From the NCBI GenBank assembly GCA_963826115.1, contig CAWGVS010000012.1:320001-384000 (forward strand): a stretch of DNA of 64,000 nucleotides, read 5' to 3'. The notes under the pieces are model-generated. The model saw only the letters and a program-made list of their open reading frames with translations, was not told the origin of the DNA and ran no database searches. Origin of the DNA: an uncultured Candidatus Rokubacteria bacterium. GTDB taxonomy: Bacteria > Methylomirabilota > Methylomirabilia > Rokubacteriales > DASRDR01. This document shows positions 1 to 11,286 of the stretch, one piece after another; positions within the stretch are counted from its first letter, which is position 1, and each line of letters opens with the position of its first letter. The position numbers were made by a program, and so were the translations under genes.

Positions 1-362
1 ATCATCTCCCGGAGGAGCGCTTTCTCGCGGACGACGCCGGCGTAGGCCTGGAACTGCGTGGCGACCGTGCCCTCCTCCTGGAGGGTCGCCAGCAGGGTGT
101 GACCGCCGACCTCCTCGAACACGCCCTCGCGCCTGAGCGCCTCGGCCACGAGGATGACGTCGGGGGACTCGCCTCGCTCGAACAGCTGGATCATGGCCGC
201 GAAGATCTTCCGGTGCGCCTCCTTGTAGAACTCGTCCGGCACGAGAAGCTCGACGGCGCGCGGCAGGAGCGCCGGCTCGAGCAGGATCGCGCCCAGCACC
301 GCCCGCTCCGCCTCGAGGCTCTGAGGCGGGACCTTACCGGGCAGCTCGATCGTCGTGGCCAT
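1..362 (-). CDS. dnaB: Replicative DNA helicase DnaB, N-terminal part (runs off window)
   Basis: Reverse strand from ATG at 362 reads MATTIELPGKVPPQSLEAERAVLGAILLE, the typical DnaB N-terminus; follows rplI. Confidence 0.93.
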   Translation of the reverse strand, partial: MATTIELPGKVPPQSLEAERAVLGAILLEPALLPRAVELLVPDEFYKEAHRKIFAAMIQLFERGESPDVILVAEALRREGVFEEVGGHTLLATLQEEGTVATQFQAYAGVVREKALLREM

Positions 363-386
363 GGTCGGGCGGCGGCGCGGGCGGGA

Positions 387-830
387 CTACTCGGCCGTGA
401 CCGAGACCGTCAGCGTGCCCGTGACGTCGCCGTGGAGACGGACCGGCACCTTGTATTCCCCGATGGCCTTGATGGGCTCGTCGAGCTGCACGCGTCGCTT
501 CTCGACCGTCACCTCGTGCCGCTCGAGGAACTCCACGACGTCCTGCACCGACACCGACCCGTACAGGCGCCCGTCCTCGGAGGCGCGCTCCTTCCGGGCG
601 AGCGTGAGGCCGTCGATGCGCGCCGCGGTGGCCTTCGCCGCCTCCAGCGCCCGGTGCTCCTCCTTCACGCGCTGCCGCTTGAGGTGCTCGACATTCTTGA
701 GGTTGGCCTCGGTTGCCGGCACGGCCAGCTTCCGGGGGAGCAGGAAGTTTCGCGCGTACCCGTTGGCCACCTCGCGGGTCTCGCCGCGGTGCCCGAGCGC
801 GGGCACGTCCGTCATCAGGATCACCTTCAT
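387..830 (-). CDS. rplI: 50S ribosomal protein L9
   Basis: MKVIL..DV..LG..G....V..GYARNFLLP motif. Confidence 0.98.
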   Translation of the reverse strand: MKVILMTDVPALGHRGETREVANGYARNFLLPRKLAVPATEANLKNVEHLKRQRVKEEHRALEAAKATAARIDGLTLARKERASEDGRLYGSVSVQDVVEFLERHEVTVEKRRVQLDEPIKAIGEYKVPVRLHGDVTGTLTVSVTAE

Positions 831-867
831 GGTCGTGGTCTCCTAGGGCCGTCCGACCGGGCCCGTC

Positions 868-1815
868 TCACCCGGAGGCGGCGGTCGGCGCTTGGCGGAT
901 CTTGCGGAAGTCGATCCAGAGGTCCGAGAGCCCGACGCACGACACCGCCACCAGCAGGAGCGGCTGCATCGCGAGCAGCCCGAAGCTCACCACCTGGAGG
1001 AGCCGCGGCAGGCCGATGCGCTGGAAGAAGTGACGGAAGACGGCGAGTCCCTGGATCACGTAGAGCGGCATTAGGACGATGAGCAGGTTGAGGCCGGCCG
1101 CTTCCAGGCGCTCCTCGCGCGACGCGAGGAGCACGCCGGCGCCGATTGCGCCCCAGACGAGGTGGTCGGGAACGGCTTCCTGCGCGAACGGGCGGAACCC
1201 GAACCGGCGGCGGAGGCAGAGCCGGGCGATGGCGTAGTTGGCGACGGCGCCGGCGAAGATCCCGAGCGCCAGCATCCCGGGGGCCGCGACCCGGAGCGTG
1301 GCGACGACGAACCGCGCAGCTTCGTTGGCCCAGCTGGCCTCCTGCCCCGGTGGCCCGAGCCGCGCCGGCCACTGCTCGAGCTCGTGCACCTGTGCGGCGA
1401 CCTGCCGCTCCAGATAGGCGATGGGGCCCATGCCGGCCGGGCTCAAGATCCAGAGCAGCACGAGGACGCCCACGAGGTTGGCGAGCGCGGTCTGGAGCGT
1501 CGTCACGGCCACGGGCAGGCGCCGGACGATCCCGAAGCCGAGGGCGGCGCCGGGGAGCACGTACTTCAGCGCCATCACGAGCATGGCCGGCCAGCCCCGG
1601 AGCGTCCCGATGGCCGCCATCGCGACGGCGCCCGCCAGCGCGGCGGCGACGGGGCCGGTGACCGCGAGGGCCAGCGCCACGGGGACCAGGCCGAGGGTGA
1701 TCGCGACCACACCACCCCACCAGCCCCAGGACGACAGGAGCTCGACGCTCGCGAGCCCGAGGCCGCATCCCGCCCCGAGCAGGACCGCCCGCCGTGCATC
1801 CGGGCTCGCGCCCAC
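868..1815 (-). CDS. DUF2232/YybS-family membrane protein
   Basis: Multi-TM protein ending GLSDLWIDFRK; conserved position between rpsR and rplI. Confidence 0.85.
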   Translation of the reverse strand: MGASPDARRAVLLGAGCGLGLASVELLSSWGWWGGVVAITLGLVPVALALAVTGPVAAALAGAVAMAAIGTLRGWPAMLVMALKYVLPGAALGFGIVRRLPVAVTTLQTALANLVGVLVLLWILSPAGMGPIAYLERQVAAQVHELEQWPARLGPPGQEASWANEAARFVVATLRVAAPGMLALGIFAGAVANYAIARLCLRRRFGFRPFAQEAVPDHLVWGAIGAGVLLASREERLEAAGLNLLIVLMPLYVIQGLAVFRHFFQRIGLPRLLQVVSFGLLAMQPLLLVAVSCVGLSDLWIDFRKIRQAPTAASG

Positions 1816-1824
1816 CTGCGGGTC

Positions 1825-2061
1825 CTACTCGGCGACGTACGGGATGAGCGCGACCGTGCGGAGGCGCTTGAGCGCGGCCGTCAACTGACGCTGGTGCCGC
1901 GCGCAGTTGCCGGAGATGCGGCGCGGGATGATCTTGCCGCGCTCCGTCATGAAGGAGCGGAGGCGTTTGACGTCACGGTAGTCGACGGCCAAGATCTTGT
2001 CGACGCAGAACTTGCACACCTTGCGTCGGCCGAACCGACGCCGCTTCACGGGCTTGACCAA
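1825..2061 (-). CDS. rpsR: 30S ribosomal protein S18 (Zn-binding type)
   Basis: RKVCKFC...DYRD...[19 protein letters not shown]; TTG start with GAGGAGG RBS. Confidence 0.98.
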   Translation of the reverse strand: MVKPVKRRRFGRRKVCKFCVDKILAVDYRDVKRLRSFMTERGKIIPRRISGNCARHQRQLTAALKRLRTVALIPYVAE

Positions 2062-2123
2062 CTGTTCGCCTCCTCGCTCTTCGCCTCACGTCTTCGTGCG
2101 GAGCGCCACGCTCCGCGGCACCC

Positions 2124-2537
2124 TCAGAACGGTACGTCGTCGGCGCCGCCCGCCGCAGCCTCCTCGACCGGCTCCGCGTCCGGGGAGCCGCCGGGGCCAC
2201 CCGCGCGGCCGCGCCCGAGGAACTGCAGCCGCTCGGCCACAACCTCCACGACGTTCCGCTTCTGCCCGTCCTTGGTCTCCCAGTCCCGGGTCTGGAGCCG
2301 CCCCTCGACGAGAACCGGGCTGCCCTTGTCGAGGTACTGGGCCCCGCTCTCCGCCTGCTTGCCCCACACGACGACCGTGAGGAAGCACGTCTCCTCGCGG
2401 CGCTCTCCACCCTGGGTGGTGTAGGACCGGTTCACCGCGAGCCGGATGTCCGACACCGCGGTGCCGCTCGGTGTGTACCGGAGCTCCGGCGCACGGGTGA
2501 GGTTGCCGATCAGGAAGACCTTGTTCATGCTCGCCAT
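2124..2537 (-). CDS. ssb: Single-stranded DNA-binding protein
   Basis: NKVFLIGNLTRAPELRYTPSG; acidic tail DDVPF. Confidence 0.98.
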   Translation of the reverse strand: MASMNKVFLIGNLTRAPELRYTPSGTAVSDIRLAVNRSYTTQGGERREETCFLTVVVWGKQAESGAQYLDKGSPVLVEGRLQTRDWETKDGQKRNVVEVVAERLQFLGRGRAGGPGGSPDAEPVEEAAAGGADDVPF

Positions 2538-2908
2538 CAACCGACCTCGCTCGCCGCCGGGGCCACCGACCCTGCCGGCGCCGCCGCGGCCGCGGCCTCG
2601 ACAGCCGCCAGCCTCCGCCGTCCCTCGACCTGGCGCATCGTCAAGAAGCGGAGCACCGATTCGTTGAGCTTCAGCTGCCGCTCGAATTCGCGGATGGCCG
2701 ACGGCATCGCACGCACCTGGAGGAGCAGGTAGTGCCCCTCCCGCTGCTTGCGCAACTCGAACACCAGCCGGCGGCGGCCCCAGTCCTCGGCGCTCACCAC
2801 CTCGCCGCCCTGGGCGACGAGGGCCTCCTGGATGCGTCCGCTACGCTCGGCGACCTCCTCGTCCGTGAGCCGGGGATCCACGATCAACAACATGTCGTAC
2901 ATGCGCAT
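2537..2908 (-). CDS. rpsF: 30S ribosomal protein S6
   Basis: MRMYDMLLIVDP...WGRRRL..ELRKQREGHY; rpsF-ssb-rpsR order. Confidence 0.96.
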   Translation of the reverse strand: MRMYDMLLIVDPRLTDEEVAERSGRIQEALVAQGGEVVSAEDWGRRRLVFELRKQREGHYLLLQVRAMPSAIREFERQLKLNESVLRFLTMRQVEGRRRLAAVEAAAAAAPAGSVAPAASEVG

Positions 2909-3060
2909 GCCCGATCACCTCCTTCCACGTCTCCGACAGCAACGCCCGGAGCAGGCTCGAAAGCGCTTTAGGATACCAGCGGCCTCGGCGGGGGTGCAAG
3001 CGACCGGCCCCACCCGCGCGCGGGGCCGCGACGGGCCGACGCGAACGCGCCGAACGCGCG

Positions 3061-3134
3061 GGCCCCCGGGGTCGTCCCCCGGGGGCCGGCGGATCGGACG
3101 GAATGAGGTCGGGAGGGCGCGGGCCCTCCCGACC
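3061..3134 (-). terminator. Two GC-rich hairpins downstream of groEL (probable terminator or processing site)
   Basis: ggcccccgggg/ccccgggggcc (3061-3087) and ggtcgggagggc/gccctcccgacc (3107-3134); no U-tract. Confidence 0.5.
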
Positions 3135-3147
3135 GAGAGGTCGAGGT

Positions 3148-4806
<1,659 letters not shown>

Positions 4807-4826
4807 TCAGTGGCCTGGAGCCGGAG

Positions 4827-5132
4827 CTAGTCGAGGATGCCGAGGACGTCCTCTTCCCGCAGGATGAGGTACTCCTCGCCGTCGATCTTGACCTCGCTGC
4901 CCGAGTACTTGCCGAACAGGATGCGGTCGCCCGCCTTGACGTCGAGCGGGAGCTTCTTGCCCTCGTCGTTCACCTTGCCGTTGCCCACGGCGACGACCTT
5001 GCCCTCCTGGGGCTTTTCCTTGGCGGTATCGGGGATGATGATGCTGCCGTGTCTTTCGTCCGTCTCCTCGAGACGCTTGACGAGGATCCGGTCGTGGAGC
5101 GGGCGAAGCTTGACCTTGGTAGCCGACGGCAT
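4827..5132 (-). CDS. groS: Co-chaperonin GroES
   Basis: [12 protein letters not shown]...[14 protein letters not shown]. Confidence 0.99.
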   Translation of the reverse strand: MPSATKVKLRPLHDRILVKRLEETDERHGSIIIPDTAKEKPQEGKVVAVGNGKVNDEGKKLPLDVKAGDRILFGKYSGSEVKIDGEEYLILREEDVLGILD

Positions 5133-5209
5133 GGTCTGTGCCTCCTCCTAAGCGGTGCTGGACCTGGGGTTGTGCAACCGGCGAAGCGCCGGGATGTCAC
5201 CGAGTGCGG

Positions 5210-5236
5210 TTAGCACTCAACTCAAGCGAGTGCTAA
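5210..5236. promoter_or_regulatory. CIRCE element (HrcA operator)
   Basis: Perfect TTAGCACTC-N9-GAGTGCTAA upstream of groES. Confidence 0.97.
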
Positions 5237-5263
5237 TATAGCGGCCGTCCCGTAGCCGGTCAA
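5235..5263 (-). promoter_or_regulatory. Sigma70-type promoter of groESL
   Basis: Minus strand TTGACC-N17-TATATT abutting CIRCE. Confidence 0.75.
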
Positions 5264-5418
5264 GTCCGGGACCCTACCGACCTCAAGCCCGTCCGGATAC
5301 TCGACACATGGCTCAATATTTTCAATGATTTACGTGCATCTCACGCCCGCTGTCGCGGCGCCGACCGACGACCTGGGGGCGGACGGGCGACGGGCCGATC
5401 GGGGTCGGCCCGCGCGCG

Positions 5419-6144
5419 CTACTTCGGCTGGTACACCCAGATCTTCGCGGCGGCGGCGAGCCCGAGCACGACCGTGCGACCGTCTGTCACGGTCGTGATG
5501 GTACCCGCCCACGGCGCGATCTCCTGGACGGTGAGACGGGTATCCGGGCGAACCCCGTTCCGCCAGAGGTGCTCGAGGAGCTTCCGGTCCGCCTCGGCCT
5601 CCTCGGTGATGCGCTCGACCGTGACCGTGTCCCCTTCCCGGGCCTGGTCGAGCGGGAACGGATGGGTGCCCGGCCGCGGCGCCATGCCGGGGATCGGGTT
5701 CCCGTGGGGGCACGTGCTCGGCATCCCGAGGAGCACCGCGAGCCGGTCCTCCACCCGCGGGGACAGCGCGTGCTCGAGCCGGTGCGCCTCCTCGTGGGCG
5801 TCCATCCAGTCGAGCCCGAGGATGTCCGTGAGCCAGCGCTCGAGGAGTCGGTGCCGGCGGGCCATCACCTCGGCCAGCGTGCGCCCCCGCTTCGTGAGGA
5901 CGATGTGCTTCCCGGGCCCGACCCGGAGGTACCCGTCGCGGGCCATTCGCTGGAGGGCCTCGGTGACGGCGGGGGGCGAGACCTTGAGGTGCCGGGCCAG
6001 ACGGGCCCCGATCACCGGGCCGCCGCTGCCCGTCAGGTCGTAGATCCCCTCGAGATAGTCCTCGATGGAGGCCGTGGTCGCCCCGGCCCGGGCGCGGCCG
6101 GCGCCGCCCGTCGACTTGGTTTTTCGGCTTGACACACTCGGCAT
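5419..6144 (-). CDS. DtxR/MntR/IdeR-family metal-dependent repressor with FeoA domain
   Basis: SIEDYLEGIYDL, RRHRLLERWL, EEAHRLEH and CPHGNPIP motifs; start chosen at ATG 6144. Confidence 0.93.
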   Translation of the reverse strand: MPSVSSRKTKSTGGAGRARAGATTASIEDYLEGIYDLTGSGGPVIGARLARHLKVSPPAVTEALQRMARDGYLRVGPGKHIVLTKRGRTLAEVMARRHRLLERWLTDILGLDWMDAHEEAHRLEHALSPRVEDRLAVLLGMPSTCPHGNPIPGMAPRPGTHPFPLDQAREGDTVTVERITEEAEADRKLLEHLWRNGVRPDTRLTVQEIAPWAGTITTVTDGRTVVLGLAAAAKIWVYQPK

Positions 6145-6145
6145 G

Positions 6146-6159
6146 TTAGGTTTCCCTAA
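6146..6159. promoter_or_regulatory. Putative DtxR/SirR-type operator
   Basis: TTAGGtttcCCTAA palindrome resembling TTAGGTTAACCTAA, between the regulator and the iron ABC operon. Confidence 0.7.
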
Positions 6160-6289
6160 TGTCCATCGGCAGAGGGCCTTCGAAATTATAGCCACGAGCC
6201 CCCGCACGGCGCAACCGCGCCTGGCGGCGATCCCGGCGCGACGGGGGCCCGGGGCCGGACACCTCGCGATCAGGCACAAGGAGGAGCGT

Positions 6290-7303
6290 ATGCCTCATCG
6301 ATTCTGGACCCGCATCGCCGGCGCGACGCTGACCGCCGCGCTGACGCTGGCCGTCGGGGCCACGCCGGCCGCCGCGGCGGAGCTGCTCCTGTACTCGTCG
6401 CGCCACTACCCGAAGGAGCCCGCCTTCGAAGCCTTCACGAAGAAGACCGGCGTCACGCTCAAGGTGCTTCACGCCAGCGACGCGGAGCTCTTCGAGCGCC
6501 TCAAGGCCGAGGGTGACCGCACGCCCGCCGACCTCCTGGTCACCGTCGACGCCGGCAACCTGTGGAACGCCGCGCGCGCCGGATACCTCGCGCCCGTCGA
6601 CTCGCCGGAGCTCGACCGGAACATTCCGGCCAACCTGCGTGATCCGCAGGGCCGCTGGTTCGCACTGGCCGTGCGGGCCCGCACCATCATGTACAACACG
6701 ACCCGCGTGACGCCCGAGGAGCTCTCGACGTACGCGGCGCTGGGCGATCCGAAGTGGAAGGGTCGTCTGTGCCTGCGGAACTCGAGCCACATCTACAACC
6801 AGTCGCTCCTCGCCACGATGATCAAGCGGTACGGCGAGCCCCGGACGGAAGAGATCGTCCGCGGCTGGGTCGCCAACCAGCCGACCCTGATCAACGGGGA
6901 CGCCAAGATCCTGGAGGCGATCGCCGCCGGGCAGTGCGACGTCGGCGTCACCAACACGTACTATCTGGGCCGGGCACTGGCCAAGGATCCCGCCATGCCG
7001 GTGCGCCCATTCTGGCCCGACCAGGCAGGCAACGGCGTGCACGTGAACATCTCCGGCGCGGGTGTGATCGCGCACAGCAAGCACCGCGCCGAGGCCATCA
7101 AGTTCCTCGAGTTCCTGTCGACCCCCGAGGCGCAGGCGACCTGGGCCGAGGCGAGCTTCGAGTTCCCCGCCAATCCCCAGGTCCCGCCGGCGCCGCTCCT
7201 GGTCCAGTGGGGCAGCTTCAAGATGGACGACATCAACGTCGCCGCCGCCGGCGAGTTCCAGGCCGCTGCGACCCGGCTCGCGGACCGCGCCGGGTACCGC
7301 TAG
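6290..7303 (+). CDS. Fe3+ ABC transporter substrate-binding protein (FutA/FbpA-like)
   Basis: Signal peptide; YSSRHY, ADLLVTVDAGNL, NTYY, GVHVNISGAGV; AAGGAGG RBS. Confidence 0.93.
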   Translation: MPHRFWTRIAGATLTAALTLAVGATPAAAAELLLYSSRHYPKEPAFEAFTKKTGVTLKVLHASDAELFERLKAEGDRTPADLLVTVDAGNLWNAARAGYLAPVDSPELDRNIPANLRDPQGRWFALAVRARTIMYNTTRVTPEELSTYAALGDPKWKGRLCLRNSSHIYNQSLLATMIKRYGEPRTEEIVRGWVANQPTLINGDAKILEAIAAGQCDVGVTNTYYLGRALAKDPAMPVRPFWPDQAGNGVHVNISGAGVIAHSKHRAEAIKFLEFLSTPEAQATWAEASFEFPANPQVPPAPLLVQWGSFKMDDINVAAAGEFQAAATRLADRAGYR

Positions 7304-7313
7304 CCGGCCACGC

Positions 7314-9008
7314 ATGTCCTGGGCGTCCGGGACCGCGGGGATGGTCGACCCGCGGCTCCGGCGCTCCTGGCCCTGGTCCCTGGCGGCCCTCGGCGTCGCC
7401 GGGCTCGTCGCCGTCCCCATCCTCACCGTCGTCTCGTCGCTCGCGCATCCCGCCTGGGCCATCTGGGCCCACCTCTGGCGGACGCAGCTCCCCGAGCTCC
7501 TGGTCAACACGGTGGCGCTCGTGACCACCGTCGGCCTGGGCGTCCTCGTGCTCGGCACGACGCTCGCCTGGCTCGTGGTGACGTGCGAGTTCCCGGGGCG
7601 GCGCGTGTTCGAGTGGGCGCTGGTCCTGCCCCTCGCGCTACCGGCCTACGTCATCGGCTTCGTGTTCCTCGGGATCTTCGAGTACCCCGGTCCGATCCAG
7701 ACCGCCCTCCGGGGCTGGCTCGGCCCGGGGACGCGCCTCCCTGACCTGCGCGCCGGGTGGGGCGTCGCGCTCGTGATGACGCTCGTCTACTACCCGTACG
7801 TCTACACGCTGGCGCGCGCGGCGCTCGCCGAGCAGGCGCCGGAGTTCCTCGAGAGCGCGCGCGGGCTCGGCCGGTCTCGGACGGCCGTTCTCTTCCGGGT
7901 GACCTTGCCGCTCGCGCGACCCGCGCTCGCCGCCGGCACCGCGCTCGCGTGCATGGAGGCGCTGGCCGACTTCGGCACCGTGGCGACGTTCGGTGTCCGG
8001 ACCCTGACCGAGGCCATCTACCGCGTGTGGCACGGCATGTTCGACCGCGCGGCCGCGACCCAGCTCGCGGCCATCCTGCTCGGGCTGGCCGGCCTGCTCC
8101 TGGCACTCGAGCGTCTGTCCCGCGGGCGCGCTCGGTACACCCACGCGCGCCGCCCGGCGCGGCCCCCGGCGCGCCTCGCCCTCGGGGGCGTCCGCGCGGG
8201 CGCCGCCACGGCCCTGTGTCTCGGCACGCTGACCCTCGCCTTCGGGCTTCCCGTCGGCCAGCTCGCCGTCTGGGCCGTCGAGGCGGCCGGGCAAGGCAAC
8301 GTCCCAGAGGGCTTCGGGCGCGCGCTCGTCCAGAGCCTCGCCCTCGCCGGGAGCGCGGCGCTCGTCGTGACGGCGGTCGCCGCGCTCCTCGCCTACGCGC
8401 TCCGGCGTCAGCCGACGTCACTCGTGGCGGGCGCGGCCCGCCTCGCGGGGCTCGGGTACGCGCTCCCCGGCGCGGTCATCGCGGTGGGCGTGCTCCTCCC
8501 CCTCGCGTGGCTCGACCGAGCGCTCGCGACCGGGCTCGCGTGGCTCACCGGCGCCGAGCCCGGGCTGCTCCTGACCGGCTCGGTGGCCGGGCTCCTCTTT
8601 GCCTACCTCGTCCGCTTCCTGGCCGTCGGCGGTCAGACTGTCGAGGCGAGCCTCGCCCGGATCCCGCGGAGCCTCGACGAGGCCGCCCGCTCGCTTGGGG
8701 CACGCGGGCTCCGCACGCTCCGGGCGATCCACTTCCCGCTCGCGCGCCGTGGGCTCGTGGCGGCGCTGACGCTGGTCTTCGTCGACGTGATGAAGGAGCT
8801 CCCGGCGACGCTGCTCCTCCGGCCGTTCGGCCTCGAGACGCTCGCGGTCGCGGTCTGGCGACGGACGGCGGAGTCGCTCTGGGTGGAGGCGGCGGTGCCC
8901 GCGCTGGCGCTGGTTCTCGCCGGCCTGGGGCCGGTCGTGCTCGCGATGCGGGTCGCGGGCGTCGATCCCCGGGACCCGGACCCGCGAACCGGGATGCCCT
9001 CGTCGTGA
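7314..9008 (+). CDS. Fe3+ ABC transporter permease
   Basis: Two EAA-like loops (ESARGLG, EAARSLG); VDVMKELPATLLLRPF. Confidence 0.93.
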   Translation: MSWASGTAGMVDPRLRRSWPWSLAALGVAGLVAVPILTVVSSLAHPAWAIWAHLWRTQLPELLVNTVALVTTVGLGVLVLGTTLAWLVVTCEFPGRRVFEWALVLPLALPAYVIGFVFLGIFEYPGPIQTALRGWLGPGTRLPDLRAGWGVALVMTLVYYPYVYTLARAALAEQAPEFLESARGLGRSRTAVLFRVTLPLARPALAAGTALACMEALADFGTVATFGVRTLTEAIYRVWHGMFDRAAATQLAAILLGLAGLLLALERLSRGRARYTHARRPARPPARLALGGVRAGAATALCLGTLTLAFGLPVGQLAVWAVEAAGQGNVPEGFGRALVQSLALAGSAALVVTAVAALLAYALRRQPTSLVAGAARLAGLGYALPGAVIAVGVLLPLAWLDRALATGLAWLTGAEPGLLLTGSVAGLLFAYLVRFLAVGGQTVEASLARIPRSLDEAARSLGARGLRTLRAIHFPLARRGLVAALTLVFVDVMKELPATLLLRPFGLETLAVAVWRRTAESLWVEAAVPALALVLAGLGPVVLAMRVAGVDPRDPDPRTGMPSS

Positions 9009-10054
9009 CCCTCCTCCGCCTCGAGGGCGTGACCAAGCGCTTCGGCGCGGACGCGCCGCCCGCCGTGGACGCCCTCTCGCTGACCGCGGCGGCCGGCGAG
9101 GTGCTGGCACTCCTCGGGCCGTCCGGCTGCGGCAAGACCACGACGCTCCGGCTCGTGGCCGGCTTCGAGGCGCCCGACGCGGGGACCATCGAGATCCGGG
9201 GCGAGCGCGTCGCCGGACCCGGCCGCGCCGTGCCGCCGGAGGCGCGGGGCGTGGGGGTGGTGTTCCAGGACTACGCCCTGTTCCCGCACCTCTCCGTCGA
9301 GGCCAACGTGGCCTTCGGTCTCGCCGATCTCGACCGGGCCGGGCGCGCCCGGCGCATCCGCGAGGTGCTGGAGCTCGTCGGCCTGCTCGGGCTCGAACGG
9401 CGATACCCCCACGAGCTGTCGGGCGGCCAGCAGCAGCGGGTCGCGCTCGCGCGCGCCCTCGCGCCGGCGCCGGCCCTCATCCTGCTCGACGAGCCGTTCT
9501 CGAACCTCGACGCCGACCTGCGCGCGGCCATGCGGGAGGAGATCGGCAAGATCCTCCGGGCCGCCGGAACGACGGCCGTCTTCGTCACCCACGACCAGCA
9601 GGAGGCCTTCGCGCTGGCCGACCGCGTCGGGGTCCTCAACGCGGGACGCCTCGAGCAGGTCGCCCCGCCCTACGAGCTCTATCACCGCCCCGGGACGCGC
9701 TTCGTGGCGGAGTTCGTGGGCGCCGCCGATTTCCTGCGTTCGATGGTCACCGAGGAGGGAATCGTCTCCGAGCTGGGGACGCTGGCGCGGCCGGCAGGCC
9801 TCGCGCCGGGGCAGGCCGTCGACATCATGATCCGCCCCGACGACATCGACTTCATCCCGCACCCAGATGGCGACGTCGTCGTGGTGGACCGGCAGTTCCA
9901 CGGCGACGAGCATCTCTACCGGCTCCGGCTCACCTCCGGCGCGCGGGTCCACGCGGTCCAGCCGTCCACGACGCGCTATCCCGTGGGGACGCGGGTCCGC
10001 GTCGTCGCGAACCTGCTCCACGTCGTGGCATTCCCGCTCGCGGACGCGCGGTAG
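9005..10054 (+). CDS. Fe3+ ABC transporter ATP-binding protein
   Basis: GPSGCGKTT, LSGGQQQRVALARAL, LLDEPF; GTG overlaps the permease stop. Confidence 0.93.
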   Translation: MTLLRLEGVTKRFGADAPPAVDALSLTAAAGEVLALLGPSGCGKTTTLRLVAGFEAPDAGTIEIRGERVAGPGRAVPPEARGVGVVFQDYALFPHLSVEANVAFGLADLDRAGRARRIREVLELVGLLGLERRYPHELSGGQQQRVALARALAPAPALILLDEPFSNLDADLRAAMREEIGKILRAAGTTAVFVTHDQQEAFALADRVGVLNAGRLEQVAPPYELYHRPGTRFVAEFVGAADFLRSMVTEEGIVSELGTLARPAGLAPGQAVDIMIRPDDIDFIPHPDGDVVVVDRQFHGDEHLYRLRLTSGARVHAVQPSTTRYPVGTRVRVVANLLHVVAFPLADAR

Positions 10055-10077
10055 GGCCGCCCGCGCAGAGCCGGGGG

Positions 10078-11280
10078 TCAGCGCGGAGCCGGCGCGGTCG
10101 AGCGGCCGGCGGGTGACGTGGCCCGCGCGAGCCGCCGCGTCAGTCGCTCGAGCCGTCGCTCGAGCGCGCCCACGAAGTCGTCGCTCCCGAGCTCCCAGCT
10201 CGCGACCACCGCCAGGGCCGTGCGCGTGAGGTCGAGCGCCGCCTCGTAGTCCCGGGCGTGGTGCTCGTGAAGCTTGGCCAGGTCGACCAGGAGCTGGAGC
10301 GGCGGCCGCTCGGCCCGCGCCACCGTGTCCGCCCAGAGGGTCCGCGCCTCGCCGACGCGGCCCGCGCGCCGCCAGAGCCAGCCGAGACGCCAGGCGACGC
10401 CGGGCTCGAGCGACCCCGGAAGGCCGGCGCGGAGGGCGGCCTCGTAGAAGCGCGCGCTCCGGTCGGGCGCCCGGCGCTCGAGCCAGCGCCCGGCGCCCAT
10501 CCACTCGAGCGGGTCGTGGGGGCCGTCGGGCCCGTCGAGGAGCGACGCCGCGCGGGCGTGGAGACCGGCAAGGGCGACCAGGTCCCAGCGGTTGTGGCGG
10601 AACACGCGCGGGAGCGCCCCGGGATCGCGGGTGCGGAGATAGCGGAAGTAGACCTGCGGGGCGAGCGCCCCGGGGAGATCGTCGCCCCGGTCGAGCCCGA
10701 GCAGCGCGCCCTCCAGCGTCGAGAGCCGGCAGTCCGCGCCGCGCCCGCGCCAGAGCGCCCGTGCCACGGGGTAGAGGTCCTGATGCGGGAGGTCCGCGCC
10801 CCACCACGGCGCCCGGGAGAGCAGATACCGCGTCTCGAGGAGCGGCATGTCGAAGGTGCGCCCGTTGAACGTCACCAGCTCCCGCGCGTCCGCGACGGCC
10901 GCCCGCACCGCGTGGAGGAAGGCCGCCTCCTCACCGAGGTCGCCCAGGAAGTACTGGGTCACGGCGAGCGTGCGCGGGGTAGTCCACGTCGCGAGACCCA
11001 CGAGGAAGACGTACGTCCCCGTGCCGCCCGCGAGGCCGGTCGTCTCGGTGTCGAGGAACACCGTCCCGGGGTCCGGCTCGCCGCGGCACGCGATCCCCGC
11101 CGGCACCCGCACGGTCTCCACGCACCGGAGCGCCGGCCCGTGGGGCGTGGGCACCGACTCGAGCGGGAGCGGATCGGACGGCGCCGGGCGCTCGGCCGCC
11201 TGGCGCGCCGCCAGCCGCTGGAGGCGAGCGCGGAGCTGGGCCAGCTCGAGATCGCGATCCACCCGCGTGCCCGAACTCAC
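10078..11280 (-). CDS. RNase H-like (DEDD) exonuclease with TPR tail, YprB/MrfB-like
   Basis: FLDTETTGL, VTFNGRTFD, HNRWDL; adjacent to a DUF1998 helicase. Confidence 0.85.
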   Translation of the reverse strand: MSSGTRVDRDLELAQLRARLQRLAARQAAERPAPSDPLPLESVPTPHGPALRCVETVRVPAGIACRGEPDPGTVFLDTETTGLAGGTGTYVFLVGLATWTTPRTLAVTQYFLGDLGEEAAFLHAVRAAVADARELVTFNGRTFDMPLLETRYLLSRAPWWGADLPHQDLYPVARALWRGRGADCRLSTLEGALLGLDRGDDLPGALAPQVYFRYLRTRDPGALPRVFRHNRWDLVALAGLHARAASLLDGPDGPHDPLEWMGAGRWLERRAPDRSARFYEAALRAGLPGSLEPGVAWRLGWLWRRAGRVGEARTLWADTVARAERPPLQLLVDLAKLHEHHARDYEAALDLTRTALAVVASWELGSDDFVGALERRLERLTRRLARATSPAGRSTAPAPR

Positions 11281-11286
11281 CCGCGG

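Noticed and set aside
2909-2965. Possible S6:S18 autoregulatory leader (CTCCG...CGGAG hairpin before the rpsF RBS)
   Set aside because: Position is plausible but I could not match the conserved motif by eye; needs a covariance model
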